Shown in pieces: positions 24,789 through 38,183 of a stretch of DNA of 64,000 nt. Below the pieces are notes generated by a model that was not told the origin of the DNA, searched no databases, and saw nothing but the letters and a program-made list of their open reading frames with translations. The stretch covers positions 3,658,001-3,722,000 of the forward strand of contig CM030332.1 of assembly GCA_017654855.1 (NCBI GenBank), given 5' to 3'. Positions within the stretch are counted from its first letter, which is position 1. Each line of letters opens with the position of its first letter. Made by a program: the position numbers and the translations under genes. The DNA is from Podospora anserina (taxonomy: Eukaryota).

Positions 24789-26554
24789 ATGACCCATGGG
24801 ATGTCTGCCGCAATCCTCATCCAGACTCTGACAGAGTCCTTCGCCGCCCTTGCAGACGAAGTTCAGTCGCTGATTGATCGCAAAACCATCTTGGAGCACA
24901 AGCTGCGCTACGCCCATGAACAGGTACGTTCCTTTATTTTTTGTTCTCGTCTCATCGCTACTTTGCGATGTCACCCCTCCCCAGCCTCATATGATGATTT
25001 CATTAGCTCTAGATCTGGAGCTGTTTTAAACGAGCAGCAGATGGAGACACTATTCACACTCTGATATTTTCGCTGGCATTTTCTTTTACGTTACGACCCC
25101 CGTCATCTTCTTGCGGTCGATCACAGTTTGCTAACATCAAGCTCGTGAAGCAGTTTCAATATCTCGCCGACAAGTATGCAGTACCAGACGTGTCCGAGAC
25201 TCTAGCAAAACTCCAAATACCACCAGATTTACATCTACTCGCGACGGCAACGTCAGCTGTGCCTTTGCCAAAACGTGGACTTGACGGGAACAACCAGCAC
25301 CAAATCGCGCTGCTCATCAGAGAGGGACGCAAAGCCGCAAAGCAGCTTGCTATCGCCATGACCGACGCAGTCCAGTTTGCCAGGTCAGGTCAAGACACTC
25401 CGCTGTCGCTAGGAATGGAAGGGTTGACGGCTGCGTCAACGGTCCTGGAAAAGGACTTTACCGTTCATGGGAGAAAGGGCTCCCTAGCGTGCCCCTTCTC
25501 GACCAAGCTGAATCAAAACGGCATACCTCATGGTCACCACGCTGAGCAGGTCGACGGCTCCCAGGACCTTGCTGGCGGCGCCGGTGCTGATCCCACGCCT
25601 CACAAGTCAACTGATCCCATATGCGCCGCCATGCTTGAAGATGCCGTGCCCAGTCCCACGGCCGCCGCTACTGCCTCCAAATGTCCGATCCGTTTCCTAG
25701 ACAAGCACTCGCCTGAAGAAATTGCGCACTACGTGGAGACCCACAAGCATGAGATTCCCCGAAGCCATGAGGTCTGCGTCAGGAGGTATCAGCGGAACGA
25801 AGAGCAGATAAGAAAGCTCGACGCCAAGTATGGTAACCTCGTGAGCATGGTCGAAGACTTGAGCCACTTGCACCGCCCCATGTTACCTCCTGCTGCCGGG
25901 AACGACAAGACCAGGGTGGGCAGCACCTCGTCGAATAAGAGAGTAGAGGACTGGGCCCAGACGATTGTTGCTGCCGATCCTGACATCCAGGATAACGAGA
26001 TGCCACCGACGCCTCATGACGAGGAAGGGGATCGGGAGAATAGATTCGACCGCAACTTCCGCGAGGTCCGTGTGGGCGAGTCGCCGACTAGACCTTGGGG
26101 AATTCCTGTGCCTATCCAAGCCGGCCTGCGACCCCAAGATATACCTCCTGTCCGCAGCTCATCGCCCGTCCCTCCGATGAGAACAGAGGCCCCGGCAGTT
26201 GCGCCAGAAGTCAAAGCGGAACCTAAGAAGTGTCCCTTTGACCATACCAAGATGGGATTCAAAACCCAAATGAAACCGCATCCTCCGACGGCAGACCCGA
26301 ATCTCAACGCTGGCCATAATTTGAACACATTCTACTTGCCGCTTAAGTACCACCAGGAGTTGCCTTCGAGTCCGCCCCAGCCACCGTTTGTCAACCTCCC
26401 CGAGTCTGTCAAACCTGCCGCCCCAACATCGGGCGACAAAGGCGCCGATCGGCCGCCGCAGATTGTGTATAACTTCAACGGGCCGGTGTTCATTGGGTAT
26501 CCGATGGAACAGGCCATGCAGCTTATGCAACAGTGGCAGCAACAGAAACAATAG
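24789..26554 (+). CDS. Fungal hypothetical protein with N-terminal coiled coil and several Cys-Pro motifs; snoRNA host gene; intron 24924-25153
   Basis: Exon 1 (start ATG 24789 or in-frame ATG 24801) ...LEHKLRYAHEQ splices via GTACGT...GCTAAC...CAG to FQYLADKY in frame with ORF 25145-26554. Motifs ACPF, KCPI, KCPF. Confidence 0.8.
24991..25064 (+). ncRNA. Intronic box C/D snoRNA, predicted 18S rRNA 2'-O-methylation guide
   Basis: Box C ATGATGA 24991-24997 and box D CTGA 25061-25064, flanking stem CCAGC(24981)/GCTGG(25072), and ATTAGCTCTAGA (25002-25013) antisense to the conserved 18S segment UCUAGAGCUAAU. Lies in an unusually long 230-nt intron. Confidence 0.85.
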
Positions 26555-27170
26555 GGCGGGCATCTCTTTTCTTTTTGCATGTATAATGTTTTGGCAAGCG
26601 AGGAGTTTGGGGCAAAGAATCAGGATAGTATCACAAGGTATTGAGAGCAGGTTAATTGGTTTATAGCATTAGCATTTGAGGTAGACATGACATGTAGGGA
26701 ACATGCTCGGGAACAATGGGCCTGCCTGCTGTAAAAGACAGAAACAACTCTTTGCTTGAGTACGTGTACAAGGCTCTCTCCAGACCTCAGAGAGATAATC
26801 GAAATGCATATGTCACATCTTCCGAAGCCTTCATTGAGAGGTCGCAGTCTCTGTTTTTCTGTTTCCACAATGTGGCCATCTAGATTTCTCCTTTGTGTGA
26901 TCCCCTTGGTAAACTGATGAAGTGATTTCCAGAAAACAACCCCAACAACGCCTTGCCAGTGTAAAAATATCAAATCTGCAACATCCAAAACCTCCAACCA
27001 AAACGCCGCCAAATGCTTGCCAACCCAGATCCAACCACAGATAGGTAATCCCACACACACCCATATATTCACCTGCTTTGTAAATACCCTCTCCCCTTCA
27101 ACTCCCAACCAAAGTTGCCCCCTTCCCTTTGATCCCCGCCCCCTCGTTTGTTTGAACATACCCTCCTCCT

Positions 27171-28533
27171 TCACTTAAACCCCCTCGGCAACTCAGGCGC
27201 ATCCTCCCAAACATCATCCCTATACCCTTGCTCCTGTCCCGTCATCCCCGAACTATCATTATCCCACAAGCTAATATCATCATCATCCATCAGCACATCA
27301 ACCGCCGCAGCATCCATCTCATCCGGATCGACCAACCTTTCCTCTTCTTCTCCAGCTTCTGGCAGCAACCCCCCCTCCAGATCCTCTCCCGCAAGCTCCT
27401 CGGCCCTCTGCATCGTCTTCTTATAAACCGCCCACGCAACCCCCATGCCCACCGCCGCCCCCACCGCCATAGAAGCATAATTCACAAACTTGTCAAACCC
27501 TGTCATTTTATCCCCCGACTCGGCCAACAAGGCAAGCCGACTGCCAATAAAAATGTGGACTAGCAATTTCGGTCTATAAAATTCCCCGTCAGTCAGCACA
27601 TACCATCATGATAGGTAAAAGAAAAAAAAAAAAAAAAACTCACGTCGTGAGCGCAGTAGCCCCAGCAAAAGTAACCGGACTAATACTCCCAACCGTAGCC
27701 AAAAACCCATTCGACAACGAGTACGGCAACGGACAAAGCCTAATCATCGCCAGCACCACCACCCCGTCCTTTTTCAGCACCTGCCCCAACGCAACGAATC
27801 GTTTGTCTTTTCCTACCAGGTTGTGGACATAGCCTTTTAACACGCCGCGTGAGGTGACGAAAGCGGCAGTCGAACCGGCTACCGTTGCTGTTGCGGCGAT
27901 GGGCCAGCCGTGGGGGAAGCCATAGACAAAACCGGTGATCGTGACGCAGGTGCTGTAGCCTATTATGGGGGGGAAGCCGGTTAGGCATGTGAGGAGGAAT
28001 ATTACGATGAGGAAAAGCCAGGATTGTTTCCAGGATGCGGCTAGGGGGGCGAGGGAGGTGAAGATTGTGTGGGAGTAGACTAGGAAGAGGATTCCTAGGG
28101 AGAAAAGGACTGAGAGGGCTAAGAGGACGAGGAGTTGTTGGGTTCGGGGGAGGGAGAGAAAGAGGCGGAGGGTGGATTGGGAGAGGGTGATTGCTGTTGT
28201 TGTTGCTTTTTGGAGGAAGGACTGGGGGGTGTCGAGGAGGGGGTTGGAGGAGTAGGGGTTGGATCGGCGGCGGGTGGTGCTCAGTCGGCGGGAGGACGAG
28301 AAGGAGGTGGAGGGGGGTCGGGATTGGGATTGTTGCTGCCAGAGGTCGTTTTGGAGATTGGGGGAGGTTGGGTTGGAGGTGATTCTCGGGACGGAGGTTA
28401 GTGATGGAGAGGGGGAGGAGGAGGTTGAGAGGGAGAGGCGATGGTGGTGGTTGAAGGTGTTTTTGGTTGGGGAGGGGATTCGTCCCCCTCCTCCTGATGA
28501 GGGGCCGAAGGGGGGAAATTCTTCGCCTGGCAT
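27171..28533 (-). CDS. TVP38: Golgi membrane protein Tvp38 (VTT/SNARE-associated DedA family); one intron ~27.57-27.64 kb
   Basis: FPPIIGYSTCVTITGFVYG, MIRLCPLPYSLSNG, PKLLVHIFIGSRL; multiple TM segments. Confidence 0.9.
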
Positions 28534-29579
28534 GGTCGTCGTTGTTATAAGCCTCGGTGTTGTCCGATCGGTTCGTTGGGTGAAGATGTCGTGGTGGTAG
28601 ACGTCTCGTTCAAAGTGTATGTATATAGTGTCGCAACAATTTCCACCAGTTCTCGTGCGTTGTTATCGCAAGCCAAGCCCAAGAATATGTACCCTCCTCC
28701 ACTTTCTAGGTTATCCCTCTTCGTTCGGTACGTTCGTTTGTTCGTTTGTTCACTCTTCGGTCTCCGCGGTACCCACGGCTTTCGTTCCCTCTCCGCCCTG
28801 CTACTTATCGTCTTGTCGCTGAGCGTGTCACTGCCTCTGCAAGTCCATTGGGTTTGCACCTACACGATAACTCCAACAAAACTATCTCTCTCTCTCTCTC
28901 AGAAGTAAAAGTAAAACAGAAATGCCTCCTGTGACCAAGGGTGTCGAAAAGAAAAAAGGGATACCTAATTCCAAAATAAGATAGCGAAAAAAAAGGATCC
29001 CCCGAAATCTGGACCCAACTGGAATTAAAGTCAGCAACGAGCTGGCTCAGCCTCACAACCAGCCGACCCCCCCCGATCATCCCGCCGCCGAGTTCCAGAA
29101 GGCCCAGCCCAAAGAACAACCTAAAACGGCGTAAGGCTAGACCTAAAACAGTAGTTTCAGGGGCACCACACCACAGCAGACTGCATCATGAAACCGAGAC
29201 CTCCCTTTCCCCAAAGATATGAGAATGCGATGCGAACAATATTAAGATGTCCCGAACCAACAAGTTGGGATGGATGTCAAAGAAGTAACGCAACCTCTTG
29301 CATCCTCGGTAGCACCCGAAAGCCTGCCAGCCGCGCAATCCGACGCACTCAGAGCGCCTTGCATGACATACCTACTTAGGTAGATAGGGCAACAAGACGT
29401 CATCAACGGCACAACCCACATCCCCGGGCCCGTCTCTGCATAGGTATAACCTCTACATTTCACATTATCCCAACTGGAACAAACAAAGGTTTAATAAACT
29501 GTTTTTTGCTCTATTCTACCCCATCCAGCCAACCAGTTAGTATCAGCAACCCCCCCCCCTCCTCCTCGGAAAAAGGGCG

Positions 29580-31902
29580 TCACCTCCTCGCCGGCCCCTT
29601 GGGTGGCTCCTTGGCAACCGACGTGTCCCTAACAAGAAGCTTGACCTTGCCCTCCCCAATCTCGACACCCTGCGAAAGAATATCCACATCCTCCTTCTCT
29701 CCCCCGTCACCACCGCCGCCATCCTTCTTCGCATGCGTCGCCCCGTCCTTGGAGAGACTCCGGTCCCAGCTCCGCGCGTCAATGCCCAAGATGCCGCCCG
29801 TGCTGTTGCGGTCGCCCGGCACAGAAAACTCCCGGTAGGCATACCGCCACTCGTTCAAAAAGCTCCGGACCGCCTTGCCAACCTTGTCCTTACCATTTTT
29901 GCTGTGGTGGCCGGTGCCCGTGATGGCGTAGATTGGTCTGACCTCGGAAATGTTCTCCATGAGCACCTTCTCCAGATACTCGACCGCCTCCTCGGGGTGC
30001 AGCCCGTGCAGGTCCACGTAGATTTCTGGGCAGTTGGCCCGGTCCTTGTTGCGCTCCTTGTACAGCTGATCGGCTGCCTCGCGGTGAGCTCTCCGCATCA
30101 GGTCGTTCTCGCTCTGTCCCCGGAGACTGAGTGCCTTGGCGGCTCTGGCATCGTTACGATTCCAGGCTTGAGCAGCACTGTGAACTTTGTTAGTCTTCAC
30201 CGCTTGCTATTGGTTTCAACTCACGATCACCTTTGGAGAAACTTGTTGCGGAGGCCACCATGCTTGATAGCCTCCTGGCGTGCCTTGAGATAGGCCTTGT
30301 TGGCTTTCTCGCCCGTCTCGAGCCACGGAATATGCTTGGGATTTGGGATGGCTTGGGCGGCCGCGCTGTTCTCGCCGTTGCGAATGCTAGTCGAACTACC
30401 ATTGCGGGCCATCTTTCGGGACTGCTGCGAAGGCGTAGGGGATGGCGACATCTTGACGATATCGGCAAGTGTGCTAGGAGGAAAGTTCTCCTTGTGACCG
30501 TGACCGTGCCCACCCCTCTTGCCATGGTGCTTCTTACCCTGCTTGGCAAGGGCAGCCCCGAGCGAAGGAAAAGCATCCGCATCATCCGGCGAGGGCACAG
30601 GCTGTGTTGCCTCCTTTTGCTGATGGCGACTTCCAGGCCGGGATCGCGGCCGGTCGTTAGCGTAGCCATGGTGTCCTTTAAACCCAGGGGGCGGCGTAAC
30701 ACCGAGGGCCGGATAGTTGCCAGCGGCCGCAAAGATAGGCAGTTGCTCCGGAGTGCCGGGCTGCAGAGCTGGGAAGCTGCTGTAGTCTTGCAGATTAACC
30801 GTGGCGTGCTGGGTAGGAGGTGTATCCGACCCATCGATATGAAGCCTGTTGGCCAGGTGTGCCGGGTCATGCGAGAAGATACAAGTGCTCCCAGCGAGAC
30901 AGTTGCCTGCCACCCAGTATCTAAAGTTGTGTCAGTTTTTCATGACCGACAATTTTCGAACTCTACTCTCGAGACTTACTTGCAAATGTGACTGCTCAAA
31001 TCATGGCTAAAACGGCAGTCGGCGCGCAGACAGCTTCCGGTGGACAGATAAAACTTGCAAATGACACCCGTCTTTTGCTGGTCTCCTGGGGTCGACGGTC
31101 GGTTGTCGGGAGTCAGTGACCTCCCGATAGTCACTCGAGCCTCCTCGGCCTGGGCGGCCAGAGCGAGGTTGTCTTGCATTTGTGTCTCCATGATGGCCTG
31201 GACAGTGGCACCAAGATCGTAGCCATGCATGGCAAGGGCAGCACTAATCTCATCATCGGTCTTGGTAGGTCCCAGGATCGTGCGCAGCATGTCGTACGGG
31301 CTCATATCTGTCTCCTGGCGCGTGGATACGAACTCGGGAGCCGCCACGTTCAGGCCACTGGCGTTGCCGATTGACGAGGTTACACTGGCGGCATCATCGC
31401 TCACCAGCCAGTCCACATTGTCAGACTGGTAGTCGCCAAAAACCTCCTGAGAGGGCGGCTCATCGTTGAAACGGTACGCATTCAAGCTTGGGCTGTGAGG
31501 CACGGGAGCGGCAAAGGCCAGCCTCGGAGACGGTCTCGGCGAGCCGAAGGGGGAGGCCGTTACGGACTTGGCCCGACTGAAAGGGGTCGGCATGAATCCT
31601 GGCGGGGCAAGGGGGCTAACACCCAAGCGCGGTGAGCCCGACAGTGGGGTTCCGGAGCCGCGCCAGGGGGCCGGTGAAGGACGCCGCAAGATGGTCTGCC
31701 GTATAGACGGCGGTGATGTTGCCGTCCCACCTCCATCTCGAAATCGCCAGAGGGCGTCTAATATTGCATTTTCTAGCGCCTGGTCCCTCAGCGTTGTCTT
31801 TTCCCTCAAGACCTCCTCGAGCTTGTCGGTCTTATCCTCATCTTCCAGGGTAAGGTCTTGAAGGATCGGGAGGCAGATCTCGTAGGTCTCGTCAGAAACC
31901 AT
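29580..31902 (-). CDS. CCCH zinc-finger and SMR-domain protein (Cue2/N4BP2-like); 2 introns
   Basis: CKFYLSTGSCLRADCRFSH plus a second CCCH, PAM2-like LNVAAPEFV, DUF1771-like AAQAWNRNDARAAKALS, SMR motifs VDLHGLH and ITGTGHHS. Confidence 0.9.
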
Positions 31903-33230
31903 GATTGTGCGCGCGCCGTATTATTATTTCGAGAGGCTCCCGGGTGCTAGTATTATGTTGGTATGAAGGCAGGCCGTCCGTATACGTGTTGCTGGCGGTG
32001 TGGAACGCGCAGGATGAATGCGAGCCCGAGAAAACGGTGTAACGACGAAGGCAGTATTGGGAAAGCGAAAGTGTGGGTTGAGTTGAGGTGTTGGTACAAG
32101 CTAACTGTCAGAGACCCGATCGTCGTGCTCGAGATTGTCGTCGGCGCCAAGGTGTCAAACTTGAACCGCCCTCAGGGGTCAACTAGTATAGTAATGCGAT
32201 AATGGGGGTGGTGGACGTCGGTTTCGGGGCAGCCAGTCTTGTCTAACAGCATGTTGTTATCATGCCAGGGCTGTCTTTTGGGAGATCGTCGGACCCGTTG
32301 GTCCTTGGTGTGGAAAGGGGGTCGTCGGAATCGGGAGTCGATCGAGGCAGCGAGGCAGGAACGCGGGGGTCGGCGGCTTGCTAATGAGGGGCGGACAAGA
32401 ACAAACAAGGCGGCATGGGTAGAGCAGCACTTGGGAAAGTAGAGTCCAAAAGAAAACAGAAGGAGGGCAAGCAGATGAGGTAGGAAAAAGCCAGGCAGAC
32501 AGGCTGCGAGTTCAGCTGAGATGGGTGATGGCCCGGGAGGTGTGTCGGTCGGGTTCAGTTCGACCACAGTCCACAGTCCACAGTGCTGCTGTTGCGGAGC
32601 TGGGGGAAGAGAGGCCCCACGGGGACAGTGCCGAAACACTGTGCAGTCTATCTTCAAATTCAGTTATTCTGCGGGACGGCAGCCCCAACACCGCTTTCTC
32701 GCGGCACTGTGCGGGCAGTGCCAGGGTCAGCATGAATGACAGCCAAAGCTAGGACCATAGCGCCGCCCGACTTTAGCACACCGGGATGGGCCATCTGATT
32801 GGCACAGGGCCAAGACAAAGAAACATGACTTCAACGTGCTCACTTGATCAATTTGACACTTGGGATTTCTTTTGGACATGTCATTTTATAGTATTTTCAT
32901 ACAAAGGAGCCTCTGTTTGGGAGCTCTGGTCTTCGGAACGGCCACTGCGGTGTCAGTAGTGATATGTCAAGTTTCGGTGAAGCATCTCGTTTCTGCACCG
33001 TTTGCTGAGCTCAGCCACCTTCAAAAAGTGTACTTGTGCTGAGATGAGGCCCGATGTGTGAGCCGCCTGGTTGCAACTTGTGTCCTCTTGTGCCTCTATG
33101 TGGTGTTTTTGAGACCCTTCGCAGTCTGTGGTGCTTCTTCAGACCCCGGGCAGTGTACAGGTTGGTAGTGTGGGTATGTAGGTAAGTACGCTCTATACAC
33201 TTTTGGCTTTCTATCCAACAATGCCAGCAT

Positions 33231-34980
33231 TCATGGAATTTCCTCATCATCATCGCCCCCAAAGCAGAATCCAAAACTGAACCCAGTGCTTTTCTTCTGT
33301 GGGTGATCCTCGGCTTCACTGTCGCCAACCACGGCATCCCATCGTCTTTTCTTTCGTGCCTGCTTCTCGGCTAGTTGCCTGAGTCCCTCCTCAAGCAGTT
33401 CAGGGCACTCCTCTCTCAAACGCTTCACAAAGAGGTTGTATGGGTCTGACACATCGTCTTCAAACCCGGACACTTGGTCAGCCTTGTCACTTAAGAATGA
33501 CAAGACATTGGCAAGATGCGACTTGGGCACAAAGTTCTGTGTAAGTGCAATTCCGTCCTCCAGGTTGACCACCAGATGCCACCATCCGCTTGGAACGTGA
33601 AGAATTTCGCCCGCTCTGCAAATGCCTTCTCTGCATTCTGGAAGTTGTCGGGCTTCTCCGTGAAACTCAAGCAGCCACTCAGCAATGGAGAGGGGGCTGG
33701 TCACCTCACTACTGTCTTTGGAGACGTAGACTCCAGGAACCGAGGCTGACGGAGGAAACATGATCCAGTACTTTGCCCCCTGAATCACCGCGTTCCAGGC
33801 TGATGTGGCATTGGGGTCCTTGTGAAATGTTGAACCGCTGCGTTCGGGGCCAATGATTAGCCATCGATGGGCAGGACGCTCGGCCCCAAGAAGTTCGAAC
33901 AGATCTGAGCCAAAACAGCCAGGCTTCCAGTATGCCGCACCTTCCTCCTTGCCAATTTTGAGCTTCATCTTTTCGGCAAACTTTCGGTCGAACAAGTAGA
34001 GGGGGCTCTCATCTCGGCTGTTGCGCATATAATCGCAATATGTCCTGAACGTCCAGTCCACAGCCTCTGCCCTGAAAACGACATCTGGGCACTGGGCCAA
34101 GAGACTGTCTATGCTCCAAGTCTGGCTGACAGGCCAGGACTGAATACACTTGGTCAGGATGAACGGTTTCTTGCTCCACTTGTCAGCAAATTCTTCGTAA
34201 GAGAGATCCTCCATGCGGTCAATCTCGTTTCCTGCTGGGATCTTGGTCGTGTAGTTGCGCAACGAGATATGACTGCAGACGAACGGGCGATGCAGCACGT
34301 CGGAAAACACACTGCTGCAGTCCATCTGAATCTGCTTCTCTGTTGAGAGGCCTAAGACGGTAGATCTCCATGACCCCAGCCAAGGAAAGGATGACTGTTT
34401 TCCCAAATCTGACCTGGAGAGAAAAACGTTAGACCTTTGACTCGCACAACCCCCTTTGCCCATTCATCCCAAACGAGACAAAGGTCACAAGGTCTCCATT
34501 AGGGTTCCAACCACAGGGAAAAGAGAAAGAAAAATTATCCTCGGCTTCTCCCTTGCCTTTGAACTGAATGCTTTGTGAAAAATCAACCACAAACAGGGAC
34601 AATACTTACTCCAAGAAGATTGTCTTCCACACATCGTCTGACATGCAGCAAGCAAAGAGAAATTTGCATGTGTAGCCCAGAAGCCTCAAAGTACGTGTAT
34701 CCAGATATTCAAGAAGCTGCATGAGCATCTCATCCGGGAGGCCCTGCAAAGTGCCCAGGTATTTCCGAGCATCATTCCCATTGGAGAAGTACTTGTTTCC
34801 GAGCGGCTTGATACCGAGCGGGTGGAGTGGCACAGCCGAGGAGTCAACAGTAGAATCCTCCAAATCTACCTCCTTGTCACCATTCCCAGTCACGCTACGG
34901 TGAGTCAAAGGTTGGCTCCCATTGGCAGCCTCCTCAAAGGCAATACTCCTGTTGTGGCGTTGGTGGTGTGGCAGAATCAT
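33231..34980 (-). CDS. F-box and JmjC-domain protein (JMJD6-like); intron ~34414-34608
   Basis: F-box LQGLPDEMLMQLLEYLD; JmjC motifs PLYLFD, GPERSGSTFHKDPNATSAWN, VPSGWWHLVVNL, ALTQNF. Confidence 0.9.
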
Positions 34981-35802
34981 CGTTCGTGTGGCGCCCTGAT
35001 TCTCAGGAGTCAGGGGGTGGTAAGTAAGGTGTGGGGGGCGGGAGCCTCAACGGTCAGTCAGGCCAGGCCAGGCTTTGGGCAACCAAGGAAATAGAAGAAA
35101 AGGACTGCTCGCTCTTGACAGCACCCCAGAGCCTCCTAAAAGTGAGTCAACCGACTGGATGATAGTATGTGAGAAATATGCGTATGACGTGTGCCGACTG
35201 GTTGGGCCGTAAAGGTGGGCGAGGATGTGGGTTGCCCCCGGCAAGTGAAGAAAAAAAAAAGTTCCTCGCAGGAAAAAAAAAAAAAAAAAAAAAAAGAGGT
35301 GTTAGTCTGGCCACTGGGTGCCGGGTGTGGGTGAGGTTGCAATTCCTTCAGAGGCTCACTCAGTGCCGTAGGAACGGTTGCTCCAAAGCCTGGAAACAAT
35401 GAGCAGAACGCTAAAGTGAATGGGGGGCCTCTTTGCCCCACTAAGAGTTGGCAAAAGTGGGAGGGGTTGATGCCTGAGGCGTTCATAAATTCTCCGCCAA
35501 ATCGAATTTTTATCACTTCCCTCCCACCCTGCTCTGGTCTCTCTTCTCCGTCCACCACCAATTCTAAACAATCCACAACCAAGATACCAAACGGCCTTTT
35601 AGATTCAGTTGTTCTCAGTGTTCTAACTGAGACTCTCTAATCTATCTTCTTTTTATAAGGAGACTCCAGCTTCAAAAGCACTTCGCAACACTCTCCGAGT
35701 CGTCTGCGGATTTTTTTTCTCGCTACCCCACCATCTTTTTCTGATTTCTAGATCTAAGCAGCGCTTGGATCTGGAAATTTTTGCCAACTCAACACCGCAA
35801 TC

Positions 35803-37389
35803 ATGGCTGACAAGGGTCTCGAGGACGTCCCCGAGGGTACGTTTGGCTTCTTCCACCTTTGACGAGCATCGCATGGCGTCGCATCGCCGCTGCCCGCGCA
35901 CCTCTCGAGAGCGTTGGGCATCACGGTGCGGTGCGCATTCTGCCTTCGACCCCGCCCATAACCCACCGGCCCCCCAAAGCACTCGATGCGCAAACGGAAC
36001 GAGCAAGCACAGCCGCTGACCGTGATGGCAACATACAGGACAGATCGAGTCTAACTACGATGAGACCGTCGACTCTTTCGATGAGATGAACCTCAAGTCG
36101 GAGCTCCTCCGCGGTAAGCACCCCATCGGTCGACAACGATACCCAATAGGGTGGCAATAAGATCAAAGATTTTCTGACAATTTCCAAAGGTATCTATGCC
36201 TACGGTTTCGAGCGCCCCTCTGCTATTCAGCAGCGTGCTATCATGCCCGTCATCAAGGGTAAGACTACTCTAACCCCCGTCGCATACACACGACATGTCC
36301 TAACAAGATATCAGGCCATGATGTTATCGCCCAGGCTCAGTCCGGTACTGGCAAGACTGCCACCTTCTCTATCTCGGTCCTCCAGAAGATCGACACCTCC
36401 CTCAAGCAGTGCCAGGCCCTCATTCTCGCCCCCACCCGTGAGTTGGCCCAGCAGATTCAGAAGGTCGTTGTCGCCATTGGCGACTTCATGAACATTGAGT
36501 GCCACGCCTGCATTGGTGGTACCAGCGTCCGAGACGATATGAAGGCTCTCGGCGAGGGCCCCCAGGTGGTTGTCGGTACCCCCGGTCGTGTCCACGACAT
36601 GATTCAGCGTCGTTTCCTTAAGACGGACTCCATGAAGATGTTTGTCCTCGACGAGGCCGATGAGATGTTGTCTGTAAGTAATATTTGTGGGCTGGTGTGG
36701 GTTGTGGGTGCGAATCCAAGCTAACCCCCTTCTAGCGTGGTTTCACCGAGCAGATCTACGACATCTTCCAGCTCCTTCCCCAGAGCACCCAGGTCGTCCT
36801 TCTCTCGGCCACCATGCCCCAGGACGTCCTTGAGGTCACCACCAAGTTCATGCGCGACCCCGTCCGCATCTTGGTCAAGAAGGACGAGCTTACCCTTGAA
36901 GGTATCAAGCAGTTCTACATCGCCGTCGAGAAGGAGGAGTGGAAGCTCGATACCCTCTCCGATTTGTATGAGACTGTCACCATCACCCAGGCCGTCATCT
37001 TCTGCAACACCCGCCGCAAGGTCGACTGGCTTACCGACAAGCTCACTGCCCGTGATTTCACCGTCTCGGCCATGCACGGTGACATGGACCAGGCCCAGCG
37101 TGACCTCATCATGAAGGAGTTCCGCTCCGGCTCCTCTCGTGTCCTCATCGCCACTGACCTTTTGGCCCGTGGTATTGATGTCCAGCAGGTTTCCCTGGTC
37201 ATCAACTACGATCTCCCCGCCAACCGTGAGAACTACATTCATCGCATTGGTCGTGGTGGTCGTTTCGGTCGCAAGGGTGTTGCGATCAACTTTGTCACTG
37301 CTGATGATGTCCGCATGATGCGCGAGATTGAGCAGTTCTACAGCACCCAGATTGAGGAGATGCCGATGAACGTGGCCGACCTCATCTAA
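35803..37389 (+). CDS. TIF1: ATP-dependent RNA helicase eIF4A; 4 introns
   Basis: [12 protein letters not shown] start, [39 protein letters not shown], ends MPMNVADLI. Confidence 0.98.
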
Positions 37390-38183
37390 ACAGCACACAT
37401 CTGTACGACGTTCCTGGACCGTTTTTCTCTGTTCTTACGGCATACCTGGTCACGTTCTGCGCATCGGCACTGAGATACACTGAAGAGCAGCGTGATTGCG
37501 TTCGTCTGGTAGGTAGGGAGGAGGGAATCTGCTTTATCGCTCGGGAATTTTTTTATTTTAGTTTTTTTGCCAAAGGCCTGGGCATCTGGGGTGGGTTTCC
37601 GTTACCCATAAAAGCGTTGATAGGAGGGATAGGCTGAGAGCATCTGCACCGTAATCTGTTTGGATGGTGCGAGGTGCTTTAGGACGGATAGTGCCTATCA
37701 ATGAAGGCTGGTTTTCTTTTATCTGCGTTGTCTTTGGCTTGTTTCACGGTGTTATGTGTATCCAGGGATGTTACCAAAAATTCGACGTAGACCGAACCCA
37801 GAAGAAGAGACGAGGAAGGGCTGTTCGATATGTGACTATTTATGGTGACTGATGATGTGAGCCTCCTGGAGCTGTTTCCAAGACATGTCCATCCATTGCC
37901 TTCTTTGACAGGTCTGATATGCGTCAAGTGAATATATATGTAGTCGTCAAGTGAATATAAATCCAGCCCCTCGGTACGTGCACACCCCCGCGGTCAACAG
38001 TGGGTCCTGGACAGGACGGTTCCATCTTGGCTCAACAACGGCCCCACTTGTGTCTAAAGGCCTTGGCGTTCCATTCTCCAACTGTGTTGCGACCGCAACT
38101 TTGAACCAACTCTCGACCATTGCCAACATCACCTAGATCGCCTCCCATTTTCGATCTTTACCCTCCCTACCAAACTGCCCAGC

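Noticed and set aside
35837-36038. Long eIF4A intron 1 (and JmjC intron ~34414-34608) as snoRNA hosts
   Set aside because: No convincing C/D or H/ACA boxes or rRNA antisense element were found by eye.
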